NCBI GenBank assembly: GCA_049999805.1
Contig: JBNGIO010005822.1
Coordinates: 1-59,765, forward strand
Source of the DNA: Folioceros fuciformis
Lineage: Eukaryota
Direction: 5' to 3'
Length of the DNA stretch: 59,765 nucleotides
Part shown: positions 37,301 through 49,805 of the stretch, piece by piece
Layout of the letters: the number at the start of each line of letters is the position of its first letter
Position numbering within the stretch: the stretch's first letter is position 1
Notes under the pieces: model-generated
The model's database searches: none
Told to the model about the DNA's origin: nothing
The model's input: only the letters and a program-made list of their open reading frames with translations
Translations under genes and position numbers: made by a program

Positions 37301-38924
37301 CCTACGAAAGTGGAGGTGTGCTAATTGCAACTGTTGCAGTCTCTAAAGGTCAGGCCATCATTGTTTACCGAGGAAAGAACTACCAACGGCCACTGCAAAT
37401 TAGACCTCGGCATCTTCTGACCAAACGTCAAGCTCTCAAAAGATCCATTGAATTGCAAAGGAGAAAGGTACTGTGGGTGGACAGAAATTTTTCCACAAAG
37501 TATTCCCTGCTGTGGTTCTGTTGATAGCTGTGGACCTGGAGTTCTTCCCATCTGTGACACGTTCGTATTCAGGCTCTGGAGCGGCACATTTTAAGCTTGG
37601 AGAAAGAGATCAGTACGATGAGATCCGGCATTGTAAGCTTTCCTCCACTGTACCATGGTCCTGCTTGGGTTAGACTCTGATTACCTTGTGACAACCAAGA
37701 GCTGGATGTTACATGCTTTCAGGAGACTGAATATTCTCCCGTGTTATTGCAGGAAAAGTGTGCTGGTGATGACGGTGATCAGGGTGTTAGGGATGTCGCT
37801 CAGAGTGTATCGTATTCTGACAATCAATCACGAAATGGGGCATTGGACACCGGCGAATTTTCTGGAGAAGATAGTGACACGGAAACGTTTGAGACTATAT
37901 ACCGAGCTGAACCACTTTCAACAAAGGAGAGGCTTGTGCTGAGAAGGCATGCTCTGAAAGTGATGGGGAAAAGAGCGAATTTCAATGTGGGTAAGTGTTG
38001 GTGATGACCATGGCTCTGTTTCATCAGCTTGGGTCAGACTCTGGATCCGGGTGCCTGGTAACATAACATAGTCACGCTAACATAACATAGTCGTGCTAAC
38101 ATAGTCATGCACTAAATTGTCTTGCAGGGAAGAGCAATGTCCTGACAGGCTTGGCAGCGGCAATACGGAAACATTTTAAGAGGAATGCGCTTGTGAAAAT
38201 TGGTGTAAACGGTCGTGCGAGTGGAACTTCTGTCCAGGAACTAGCGCAAGAGCTAGAGGTCGTCTACGCCCGTGAAATTGTAAGTTGTCCTAAAAGTTCG
38301 CAGTCTTGGAGTGTACTCAGTCTTTTGTTCTTGTATTCACTGCAGGCATTAACTGGGGGAGTTCTGGTCTCCCAAGAGCAAAAGAAGATCATAATGTTTC
38401 GTGGTTGGGCGGAAGGGCAACCAAAGCCCGTCATTGTTGGGGACGAAATCTCTCCAGAATTGTTGGATGCGCTCAAAATGGAGGATACAGTTGAGGAGGA
38501 TGATAGCTTTATGCGAGAATGCCTGAGCTTCGAAGGGGATAATTCGGCGGACTCCGCTGTTGATTCTGAAGATGAAAGCGTCCCCTCATCAGCATCTGCC
38601 CGGGATGTGGATTCTGGCAGTGATTCATGGACTGATGACGAAGATGAAGATATAGGCGATATAGAAGATTTATTGACTGACTTCGACCTCGACAGCGAAG
38701 AAGATGAAGATGAAGAAGAGGACGAAGGGCCATGGGCTAACGCGGATATTGAAGACGGAGAGCAGAGTGGAGACTCTGGCGAGAGGAAAGATCCCCAACA
38801 TCCGTCGACTGACTTGGATCGCGGAGAACATGTCGCCGTAGGGCATCAAGATTCGCGCACGCATACGCGTGGCGACGGAGGAGGTGGAAAGGATCATGGT
38901 CAAGTAACAAGTGTGGGTTCTTGA
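34359..38924 (+). CDS. CFM2: Chloroplast group II intron splicing factor with four CRM (CRS1/YhbY) domains, CFM2-like
   Basis: Four CRM units: ELKRLRGLG...[57 protein letters not shown] and [11 protein letters not shown]...FNVGKSN; acidic C-terminal tail. Confidence 0.85.
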
Positions 38925-39436
38925 CACGACATCAAAGCACACGTAGACCTACATGGCCTCCCTGCACAGGCGCATCGAACGTGCATCTGTGAGTAAGAGC
39001 CTTACAATTTGATGGCTTAGTCCCCTTCCCAAAATTTGGAGGGCTCGTGCACTCAGTGGAAGGCCGCTTGAAACAGAAAAATGTTGAAGAACTTTTGAAT
39101 GAGAACCTTTCATCAAAAACAGAGGTTACAAGAACAACCTAGAAAATAAAAAAATGTTAAAAACAAAATCATAGCACCCTGAAAAATGAAAAACGGCTGT
39201 AATGGAGTAGCTGAGGCCAGCCTAGCTAGGTCTTGCTCGGCCTATGGGGCTACTCGTCCATCGCAGAAAATTTCGTCCACTCCATCCCTCCCCCACTGCG
39301 GTAACAATTTGCCATCCAACATAATCCCAGTTGCACATGTATATACATAATAAGCGGATTGGTGAATCCGCACAGGCGGAACAACGAATGAAAGACTTGT
39401 GCTACAGATTGTACGCGGAGAAGTGGACTACCCAGA

Positions 39437-40027
39437 CTAGAGCTTGGAAGCGGAAGTCGGCGATGGCTGGAGTGGGACTGGACCTGGAAGACCAAGTACG
39501 ATGAGCGTGACGCGAGCAATCGCGGCCACGGCGTGGTTCGCTCGGAATTTCACCTCCCACACCTGCACGCGCTTCCCTGCGGACACGACGCTGGCTTCGA
39601 CACTCACCTCGCTGCCAGATTCCACCGCTCGGAGGTGGCTCACGTTCAGTTCGATTCCAGCAATTCTCTGGAAATCGGCCAAGAGGAGCGCGCCCACGCT
39701 CGCAAGCGTCTCAGCCACGAACGCCGTGACGCCGCCATGCAGGACTTTGAATGGCTGCATGATTAACCCCCTCACTCACTGTTAGCTCCACTACGCCAGG
39801 CCTTACCTCGGACTCTGTTATCTTGTCGCCTAGCTCTGCTGCAACAACGGCACAAGCACATCAATTGTCTATCTACGTTGTACCTGCGTCGTCATGTCCC
39901 CCACCACGAACGAGCCCTGAATTCGCCCCCGGGTAATTAGTTCCATTTTGAATCCCACGGCGTCTATGAGGCTCCGGCCCCTGTCGTGGATGCTCAGGAG
40001 TGTAGCTACTTCCTCCTCCGACGCCAT
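39437..40027 (-). CDS. DHNAT: Hotdog-fold 1,4-dihydroxy-2-naphthoyl-CoA thioesterase, peroxisomal (two exons)
   Basis: Q|PFKVLHGGVTAFVAETLASVGA, GIELNVSHL, GKRVQVWEV; C-terminal PTS1 SKL*. Confidence 0.88.
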
Positions 40028-40184
40028 GGCCACAGTCGTCGGAACAAGCCACAGTGACACGACACAGGGATGAGACTGTTCCCAGGATTTATAGCAAGGG
40101 GGGCTGGCAGTAGGTGCGAGGTGACCGCGACCCTGCCCAATTTGGTATTAGGTTAGTCAATTCGAAAGCTAATCAGATCTAGCC

Positions 40185-40208
40185 ATGGCCTGCACCTACA
40201 CGCTTTGA
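40185..40208 (+). promoter_or_regulatory. Candidate uORF (MACTYTL*) whose TGA overlaps the GCN2 ATG
   Basis: agccATGgcc...cttTGAtg; the A at 40208 is shared by the stop and the start codon. Confidence 0.45.
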
Positions 40209-43200
40209 TGGCTGGTCATTCGCGTGCCCGCCGCAAGCGAGGTAATAAGGCCAAATCCAAGGCGTGCAAGACTGAGCCGGAGCCCCTCTCTGACGACGTG
40301 GCTGAGGAGATCACAGCCTTGTCCGTGAACCACTCGTTTCAACCGACCTTTCCCCTTGTGCTGCCTCCGCAATTAGTTCGTGCAGCTCTTGAACGCTTGT
40401 TGCGGGTGCAGGTCGGCAATTTTGCAGGAGGATTTTTCGCTCGTCTCGGAACACCCAATCGTTGAATTCTCCATCACCATCAGGTGTGTGAAACGTGCAG
40501 ACGTGCAAAATTCATCCTGTCGATCGCGCCCAACGTTCCGTGCAATTGCTCGCAGGCCATACCCTGAGGAGGATGGAGTTCAGTCAGACGTGTCCTTCCG
40601 CCTTCTAGTCAGGTCCGTATGCACTCTGAAATGCTTCCCCTCATCGGCATTCTGTGGTGTGCCTTGCGTCCCGACTTATTCTGCCCTTTGCTTTCTCGCC
40701 TCTAAGGTGCTTGCCTGGATATCCCAACAAGCCACCCAAGCTCCAGCTGCTTTCGGAAGATGGACATCTGGAAGAGCAACGTCAGTCTCTGCATTCCATG
40801 CTGGTGGAGCAGGTAGAACGGTGCATTTTTCTCCGGGTTTGCTGCAATTTTTCTTTTATTCTGAGTTGCTGTTTGTAAGAACTTCCCTTATTTGTGTGTC
40901 TTTTTTCTTGGCTAGGCCGCCTCCATTGCTAGGCAGGGTCGTGTTATGGTCTACAACCTTGTTGAAACTGCCAAGGAATTTCTCTCTGAGCACAGGGTGC
41001 AAAAGCCGCAGGTACATTTCTCTGGGCGAAAGCCTTAACAGTTGGAGTAAGGTTTGTTGCGGTTTGTCTTCAAGACTGTTTGTAACATAGCTCTGGGTGT
41101 CGTAACCCTGCAAACCGAAGGCATGGCTGATGGGTGTCTCGTATCTGCCTTGACGTAGAAACCTGTCTGGATTGGTTGCATTGCACGTGTTGTCTAGTCG
41201 GACCAGGACTTGGAGCTGTCCATATATGTTGTGAGATTTGCTTGACAACAGCATGATGAGTGTAATGCAGGAAGGTGGATGTTCTCCAACATTGGCTCCG
41301 GAGAGTTGGGACACAGAACCTCAAGGCTCTCCATCTGAACCGCTAAACTATTTCCCTCGTTCTGAAGATCATGTTTGTCTGGATCTATTTGATGACGGCT
41401 GGGGTGAGGCTGACGAACATTGGGATTACCAATTCCCCATTGAATCGTCGGCACAACTCACGAAGCCTAATCCCTTCATCCGAGACAGACATCAGGTTAC
41501 AGGGCAGCGCAATTTGACGGAGAGAGAAGCAACGGAATTTGTACAAAGGCCTCAACGAGCTATCAACGTGCCAGTGGATGTTGGCTTGGCCCAACAGAAT
41601 GCACTTCAGGATCTAGCTGGAGAGCTGGCTCTCAAGGATAAGGAGGATGTAATAGATGAAGGCCTGGAAGTTCAATTAGACCGAAAAGCAGAGCAACACA
41701 TTATGCAAGGGCACCAGAACACGCTATCAGCGGGCAAGGGCAAGGCTTCACATCTCACTTCAGTTTTGGAGAGTCTTGTCAAAATCTATCCTGGCCTGTT
41801 TGGCATGGCATCTGCGGCCATGATTCAATCTGTGGGTCACTTGCAGCAACCTGTTCATTCAGAGAATTACATTGTGGCTGATAATGTTGCTGATAAGGGG
41901 GATGAAGAGTTCAGACTTCTGGAGGATAGAATGGCCCATCCTCCACCCCTTACTGATGCAACCCTTCACTCTCTTCAGAAGGACTTTATGTTGGTATGCC
42001 CATCCCGCACCAGTGCAGTGTGCAGTGGTATTTTAAGCATGTTTAACCTCTTATCTGGAGGGTTATTTTGTTTGTGTGGCAGGGTCACTTACTTCGCCTT
42101 GTGTGTGGCCCAAAGGGTCCATTGCCATACATGCTCTCTGTCCTGGCCTCTCAGTTTGAAAAACTTGGAGTGAGTTCTCAATAGAAACCAGTGAAAAATG
42201 TGAAGGCAAGGTTAGGATTACATGGGTGTGTTTTTCAAGATCCTGCCGTGTTGTTTAGATGTAGTCAAGCCAGGACTTCCCTTGCTTGTGACAGGTCATG
42301 CCCTGGTGGGTGAAAGAGTTGTTGACAGCGCCGTCACCTGTTTTTGATATAACTTTTCGAAAACTCTTCATACGCGACATGTTAGAGAGTGATCACAACC
42401 CTGATCCACTAGTAAGTGCAAGAGTTTTCCCAAAAAGGTTTGGACTGCTGCTTTTGTAAGGATCATGACAAGGCGAATCCCTCCGTATTTGGTGACAGAC
42501 AGAGGTAGCTGTTGCGAACTTTTGGAGTGCGAGTCCAGAGCTCCTAGGCGAGGGCAATAGTGCTCACTCTGCAAATTCCCGCTATGTTAGTGATTTTGAG
42601 GAACTGAAGTTACTTGGTGAGCACTTACTGTAGTGCCTCTAATCACAGTCTTGGCAGCATGCTTGCTTTCTTTGTATCCTGTGAAGTTCCCTCTCTTACC
42701 TGCAAACCCTTCCCCTTCCCTCACACCCCCCGCATCCCCTCTCTTAGAAACCGCGTAGCTTTGCCCGGGGCACTGTTAAAAGACCAACAGTGCTCTTGCA
42801 GGTAGAGGTGGTTTCGGGCATGTTGTTCTTTGCGTGAATAAGTTGGATGGTCGTCGATATGCAATGAAGAAAATACAGCTGAAGGATAAACGCTCCGCTG
42901 CAAATAATAAAATTCTCCGGTACGTGTATTCTGCTTTGCCACCATTTGAAAGCTAATGGATCCGCTGACTTGGCTTGTCCGGATTGGGGAGTTGTTTGTT
43001 CACATTTGTTGCCTACGGGTGTAGACTTCCACGTCTCCTGTGGGGCTGTAGCTAGTGTATTATTCCTTGTGTTGACTTGCTTTTTCCTGTTCCTGTTTCC
43101 TTTTCATATTTCTATTGTGAGGATTCTTGGAATGCTACTGGGTTGTGAAACAGAGAGTTGAAATGCTTTGTTGGGATGTCAGAGAGGTTGCCACATTGTC

Positions 43201-46200
43201 AAGATTGCAACATCATAATGTCGTCCGTTACTATCAGGTATTGCTCCCTGTTTGTCAATAAAAGGACACCAACTTTGATACCACTGTAACGTGTTAGTTC
43301 TGCTGCTGTATTGAGGTTGCCACCATCTTGTAGGCATGGTTTGAGACTGGAGTGGGCCAGTCTTTAGGGAGGATCAATGGTAGCTCTCGGGAATTTGAAA
43401 GTTCAGGACTGTTTTCTGAAGTCAGCAATGAGACTATTGCACAAAAAACCGGAAAGGAACCTGAAGTGACCACTTTGTATATTCAGATGGAATTCTGTCC
43501 AAGGTGATTTGTTTCTTGTTTGTGTTGTGTATGCATGTTCGATTTGTTGCCATTCTCGCAACCATTTGAACACCGACGCCAGAGTTTGACTGAGAAGTCA
43601 CCTTGCGATAGAATGGTGACAGTTGCCTTACAGCAGCTGATCTTGATACGGACAGAACTTTGCGGGAGGTTCTTGATGTTTCCATGAGCAAGTTTGATAA
43701 AGAGGAAATCTGGCGAATGTTTCGTCAAATTGTTGAAGGACTTGTGCATATTCATGGGCAAGGGATCATTCACCGAGATCTAACCCCGAACAACATCTTT
43801 TTTGATGCCCGCAATGAGATCAAGATTGGTGATTTTGGCCTTGGTAAGAAGAGCTGGCTCTGGCTTCGCATGTCCTTTGGAGGGCTGCTGATGTGGTGAG
43901 ACTTACCTGACCATTCTTTGCAGCAAAGTTCTCAACATTGGAACAGCCTGACAACGATATAAGCTCAGGGTTTGCTAGTGAATTGGCTGGCACCTCAGTT
44001 GACGGAACTGGTCAAGTGGGTACCTACTTCTACACTGCACCAGAAATTGAACAAAGATGGCCACACATTGATGAGAAGGTGAAGAGCGTGTTTTTTTATG
44101 TGGCTAGGGCTTTCTGACTATAGCTACCTCATATAAATGCTGGTTGTCACGTGCTACAATGTGCCTTATCGTCTGCAGGTGGACATGTACAGTTTAGGGG
44201 TTGTCCTGTTCGAAATGTGGTATCCATTTGGCACCAGCATGGAGAGATACTTGCTTCTGACTGACCTGAAACACAACGGTGTTCTACCCGCCTCATGGTC
44301 TGCAGAGTTTGTGCAACAGTGTACTCTAGTGAAATGGCTACTTACTCCTGATCCTTGTCAAAGACCATCGGCCATGCAAGTGCTGCGAAGTGAATTGCTG
44401 CCTCCACGTATGGAAGATGAATCTCTGAATGGTATGGCTAGCAGCCTACAGGATCCAATTCATCTGTCTTCCTTTACCTCTTCTGTAGGGATTTAGAATG
44501 TTAATTGTTTGGCACAAACTTTCCGCTGAAAATAACCTCGCCTACACATGCCGCTTAGGAATGGCAAGTCATTTATGGAATCTTACGTGTGGTGATGTAG
44601 ATATCTTAAGGACTATCCAAGGAGGGGAAGAGTCTGTTGTCTATGATCAGGTGGTGGCAGCAATATTCGATGATGAGCGCATTGCTGCAGAGGCTGACAG
44701 GCTGAATGAGGAGTTAATTAAACACAAGAAAAGAGCTGCTCATTCTTCAATTCATGCTGTCAGTGGTCAAGATCAGATACTGGAAGGTGTTAGGGATGTT
44801 TTTGTACGCCATGGAGCACAGCATCTTGAAAGCACCTACATGAGTGCTGCTGTTGATGGCTTGTATCTAAATGACAGGTGAGTTGTTTGCACCATGTTCT
44901 GTTGGAGCAGAGCCATTTCGGCACTCGGTTCAGGTTTGAGAGAAACGGAGCCTTGCTCATGAACCCAATTCGCTGTTTGAACAGGAGGTCGCTAAAGCTC
45001 ATGGAGTCATCTGGGACTATGCTGCATGTTAGATATGAAACACGTTCTTGCTTTGCACAATGGGTTGCAGCTAATCAGGTGCTTCTCAAGAAGGGAACAA
45101 CGTAGGGAAAGAGGCAATCGTTTTGAGTCTGGTTACCGTGACTGCTAGTCTAGTTACCGTTGTGTGCCGCAAATGCAGCAAACATCTCTCAAGCGCTATG
45201 AAATCGGTCGCGTGGCTCGACGAGGAGTGGGTCGTTCCGCTCCTCAAGAGTACTACCAGGTGAGATTTGTCTGCGATTAGTCACAGTTTCCTGCTTAGAG
45301 TCGTTCTTTGAATGAGTTTCATTTCAATTATGTGAGATATAGGGAGACTTTGACATTGTTGGGGGAGCTCGGACGCTGGCAGAGGCAGAGGTTATAAAGG
45401 TAAAGACTTTCAACTTCCCAGTTTTGTAGACACACTGTTTTTACTTGAACCCTTGGTATGCCACACTCTAACAGCACGCGAATTGCTCCATACGTGAATG
45501 TTCATGCATTGACACAACATAATAGGTGACATTGGAAGTCGTGAGTAAGTGCCCCAGCTTTGATTCGTGTGAAGTTCATGTCAACCACCGGGCTCTGCTG
45601 GACGCTATTTGGAACTGGGCTGGTGTCAAACAAGAAGAGAAGAGGGTTGTTGCTCAGGTAAATGAACTGTGTAACTTCTAGCGGGTTCCTTTAAGCTGGG
45701 ATTGAGTCAATGTTGTAAACGGCCCTTTCCATTCCTCTGCAGATTTTCGCAGTTACAGCAGGCATTGAGCCGCGATCACCCGAGCGAAAATCTCTGTGGA
45801 CTCAGTTGCGCCGTCAGTTGCAGGTTCCTTTGTCACCCAATTATCTCAGGCCAACCTCCTGTGTTGATGGCGAACGGTGGTGTGTATGGCCCTATCTCCT
45901 CATGGAGTGCTAGTATTGCTTGGGTGCAGGCCTTGCAATTGGGCACTGTAACAATTGATCGTCTACAGACGGTCGAGCGGAGGTTGATTGGAAATGCCAA
46001 CGAGGCACTGGCTCGACTAAGAGGAGCTCTTCCTCCAAGTAAGTTTCCATTCAAGTAAAGCTTTCCACCCTTCATCGGGCTCTATGTGGCAGTTCTGAAG
46101 ATTGTTGATCTGGGAAAGATCGTGTGCAGATCCTCAGACGCTTGCTGCACTTAACGAACTTACGACACTGCTAACCTATCTGGAAGTCTGGAGAATTGAA

Positions 46201-47261
46201 GAAAATATAACCATTGACGCCTTGATGGCTCCAAGTGAGGAGTTCTTGGATGGCATCTTTTTTCAGGTGAATTATTCAGGAGCAAATGGCTTGCAAGTGC
46301 CTTTCTCGCCAAGTGCTTTGTTGCTGAGCTTCAGGTGCCGTCACAATCCTGGCAGATTCATGTTAGAAAGATAGTGCCCCCAGGTCCAACATCTCGGGGT
46401 GCCATGTCATCAACATGTATAGCACATGGTGGCCGATATGATCAGCTCATACAGCGGGACTGGGCGATCACAACTTCTGTAAGATCCGGAGTCCTGGCAT
46501 GTAGCAACTTATGAGGGACTTCGTAGAGATGCGTTTGTTTCTGGGGTTCAATCCTTGGCACAAATGTGGGAGGGGAGTATGTTTAACTTATGGCGCTGAC
46601 CATCTTTTGGTGGGAAGGGTCCATCCATACCAGGTGCAGTCGGAGTGAGTATTGCGCTACAGAAGCTGATATGGGCTTCACCTAGAGAGAGGTACTTGTT
46701 GCATTGACTTCTGCTGCTCAGTCGCTGTGTTACTACTCCAGAACGACTGGCCACCGAGTTGCAGCTAAGTCTGATGCTCTTATCCTTGTGCAGCAAAAGC
46801 GAGCCAACATCGGATGTTCTTGTTTGCTCTCGGGGTGGTGGGGGTCTTCTGCATGAACGCATGGAACTAGTCGCAGAGCTCTGGGACGGGGGCATAAAGG
46901 TTGCTGTCTTACTCAAGCCGTGTTTGTGTGCCCTTCCGTTGCCCAACTGATCCTGCCATGTTACTTTCAGGCGGAGTATGTGCTGTCTGTCGCACCTAGT
47001 CTCACCGAGCAGTATGAGTATGCACATGAACATGGAATTCGGTATCTGGTGATCGTCACAGAAAGAGGTATTCGTTCCCTGGGTTTGGTGCAGGTTCGGT
47101 TTCTCGACTCGAGGATGGAAGTGGATGTTCCGAAGGAAGATCTGGTGAAGTATATTACGGAGAACTTGGTGAACAAATCGAAAAGGAACACCGGCGGAAA
47201 GCACGGCTCTCAGGGTGTCCGACACCCCACTCGAGTTCACCCATCCACATCTGAATCTTGA
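40208..47261 (+). CDS. GCN2: eIF2-alpha kinase GCN2 (multi-exon)
   Basis: RWD domain (EEITAL, PGYPNKPP), kinase motifs (SRYVSDFEEL, G|RGGFGHV, YAMKKI, LYIQMEFC, IHRDLTPNNIFFD, KIGDFGL, GTYFYTAPE), and HisRS-like and anticodon-binding C-terminus (GGRYD, ERMELVAELW, SLTEQYEYA). Confidence 0.95.
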
Positions 47262-47346
47262 TGGCAATCCCTGTTTCCAACTGTTTTGGCATAAAAACGC
47301 CTCTGACACCTCTACACCTCGCCCGCTTTCCGAACGTCCCCGTCAC

Positions 47347-48313
47347 ATGGCTTCGATCACTAATGCGGCATCGCTGCAGCAACGAGCCCGCGATGCTTGC
47401 AAGGGGTTTGGAATCAACAAACTTGGCCGCGTGCGTACCTGTCGCCGAGGTTTGCACAGCGCACGAGCTGCTATCGGTGATGGCGGTGCTCCTGCTGGCA
47501 GCAGCAGGCGCATCGTGTTGACCGGAGGACTGTTGGCCTGGAGCGGAGTGACAGCGAGGCCGAGCCAAGCGGGGCCGGCGTCCGGGTACGAAAACGTTGC
47601 ATCGTGGTACGAGCTACTGGACTCTGGAGGAGTGAAGGCGTTGGACATCCGTGAGGGGACTGGAATCACGCCTCAAGCCGGTGACAAGGTCCATGAGCGC
47701 TTCCCTCTGCTCGTTTCAGAGCGAAACGCATTGGGGGTACATTTGATGATCAGGATGCTGCCATCTCCTTTTCCTCCAGGTTGCAATCCACTACTATGCT
47801 CGACTGGGATCCAAGCAAGGCTGGCGCTTTGACTCTACCTACAATCACAAAGACGCTTCCGGCGTTCCTGAGCCTTACGTTTTCATCGTGGGATCTGGCA
47901 GTGTGAGGTCCCTGGATAGAAACTACTAGCTGCCACTGGCTATACAACTTATGAGTCTAATTCTTTTTTTTATGTGCTGTTGCATTGCATGTGTAGGTGA
48001 TCGCCGGACTGGATACGGCTGTCCGGAGCATGAAAGTAGGAGGCGTTCGCAGAGTCGTCATCCCACCCTCGCAAGGGTACCAGAACACCACTCAAGGCCC
48101 GATTCCTCCAGACGTAAGGAAGCCTTGCCCGCTTTCACCTGCGTGCAATTACTCTTTGCTCCGGTCTGAACCCGGTGAGTGGGTTTGCAGTTTTTTGACA
48201 GGCAAAGATTGTACACCACCGTATTCAACCCAACGCGTCTGGCAAACGGGGAAGGAACGACATTGGGAACAGTCATATTCGACATCCAGCTTGTGCGTGT
48301 GCAAGAGAATTAA
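47347..48313 (+). CDS. FKBP17-1: Thylakoid-lumen FKBP-type peptidyl-prolyl isomerase
   Basis: Bipartite transit peptide with SRR, then VAIHYYARLGSKQGWRFDSTYNHKD, MKVGGVRRVVIPPSQGYQ and FFDRQRLYTTVFNPTRLANGEG. Confidence 0.88.
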
Positions 48314-48374
48314 GTACATACACAGTGGAAGTCCACTATGGTGGCGAACAAAAGGAACCTACAAGAAAGTGTTT

Positions 48375-49805
48375 CTAAAGAGAGTTTGATACAGAGGAGA
48401 GAGGAGAGCCATGTACTCGAAACCGGTAGAGGCACGTATGAGTCTGGCTCCCGTAATTGGACAAAACATGGAGTCTCACCATGTTGATCAGCTGCCCTGA
48501 CGAGTCTGACAAGTTGAACGTCTGAATCCTAGACCCCTCCAAATCATACTTGAACTTGCCCAATGGCTTCTGCACTTGAACAATAGCTGCTCGATGGGCT
48601 TGAGTTTCATTTGCATGCCATCCGACAATCTGGAAATCTTGGGGAGCGCTGGAGACATCGAAAGCAACAAGCTTCGAGACATGTTCCAAGGTCACAGCCT
48701 CGGGGTGGATGGCCGTCCTTAGGGAAATGTCCACATAGACATCGCTTCCTCGTAGCGGAAGGCAATGACCTGGCTCACCGAAGCTGGGCTGCAAAACCTT
48801 TTCCGCCAGCGGATGCCGATGATGCGAGCCAGGAAGAAAGCTCAGAGCTAACAGAGTCCACCTGTTCCTGTGATGGAAAAAGCCCTCCGAGTGGTCCACC
48901 ACCCTCCCCCCTCCACTCTCGACCGCATAATCCACCCTGCCGATCCCGTCTGCTGCGTACTTCTCCACCTCCTCTTCCGCAATATGCTTTGCAGCTGCAT
49001 GCACTTCCTCCATGCTGATGCCTCGCTCGTCCCGGACAGCCACCCACTCATCAAACAGAGACTTCACGTAACCGTACGTTTCCTCCTCGGTAAGCCCCTC
49101 TGCCTCAGCCTGCGCCTGCTGGCTACCCTCAATTTGCTGCTGCAGTAGCTTGACCGAGGCCTGTATTTCATCTAGCCTTGCTAACATCATGTCACGCTCC
49201 TTCCTGCCAGACCTAACCTCACTATCCAACCTACCCTCCAAATCATCCTTCAACGCCTGCACCTGCTTGCTTATCTTGCCGTCCATGTGCTTGAGCTGCT
49301 CCTGCATCCAGTCTGACGTCCTCTTCACGGACAACTCCAGCACGTCAACCCGGTGGTCACTGTACGCAGGCTCCAGCCTCGACATGCATCTCCACCAAAC
49401 CAGCAACCCCGCAGCTGAGAGCACCAGAAAGACCAAGGCCGGGAGGTAGCTGACAGGAGAGGGGCCGGAATTGATGTGCACGTTCTTCTTCTGGATGTGA
49501 GCCTTTCCGACATTCTTCTTCTTGGCTAGCCGAGCTTGGGGAGCCACTTCCCTGCTCTCCGCGACAATCTTCTTCTCCGCTTCCGCCTCAGCCCCGCCTG
49601 AGCCGAGCCTCCTCTTGTACCACTTCGCCGCCGATGTTGTCACCGACGAGTCCTCCTTCTGGCGACTACGGGTTTCCCTGCTGGAACGGACAGAGCGCGG
49701 TACAGCCTGACCGGATTTTTCAGCTTCCTCCGCCTGCTCTTTCCTGTACGAGGGGACAGCAGACGCTACGACCCCGCCCGAACCGGGCGTTGCGCCATCG
49801 GTCAT
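48375..49805 (-). CDS. SUN1: C-terminal SUN-domain inner nuclear membrane protein (SUN1/2 type), intronless
   Basis: Basic N-terminus, one transmembrane helix, coiled coil, and SUN domain (ADGIGRVDYAVESGG, PSFGEPGHC, VTLEHVSK, SSAPQDF, SNYG..HTCLYRFRVHG). Confidence 0.93.
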   Translation of the reverse strand: MTDGATPGSGGVVASAVPSYRKEQAEEAEKSGQAVPRSVRSSRETRSRQKEDSSVTTSAAKWYKRRLGSGGAEAEAEKKIVAESREVAPQARLAKKKNVGKAHIQKKNVHINSGPSPVSYLPALVFLVLSAAGLLVWWRCMSRLEPAYSDHRVDVLELSVKRTSDWMQEQLKHMDGKISKQVQALKDDLEGRLDSEVRSGRKERDMMLARLDEIQASVKLLQQQIEGSQQAQAEAEGLTEEETYGYVKSLFDEWVAVRDERGISMEEVHAAAKHIAEEEVEKYAADGIGRVDYAVESGGGRVVDHSEGFFHHRNRWTLLALSFLPGSHHRHPLAEKVLQPSFGEPGHCLPLRGSDVYVDISLRTAIHPEAVTLEHVSKLVAFDVSSAPQDFQIVGWHANETQAHRAAIVQVQKPLGKFKYDLEGSRIQTFNLSDSSGQLINMVRLHVLSNYGSQTHTCLYRFRVHGSPLSSVSNSL

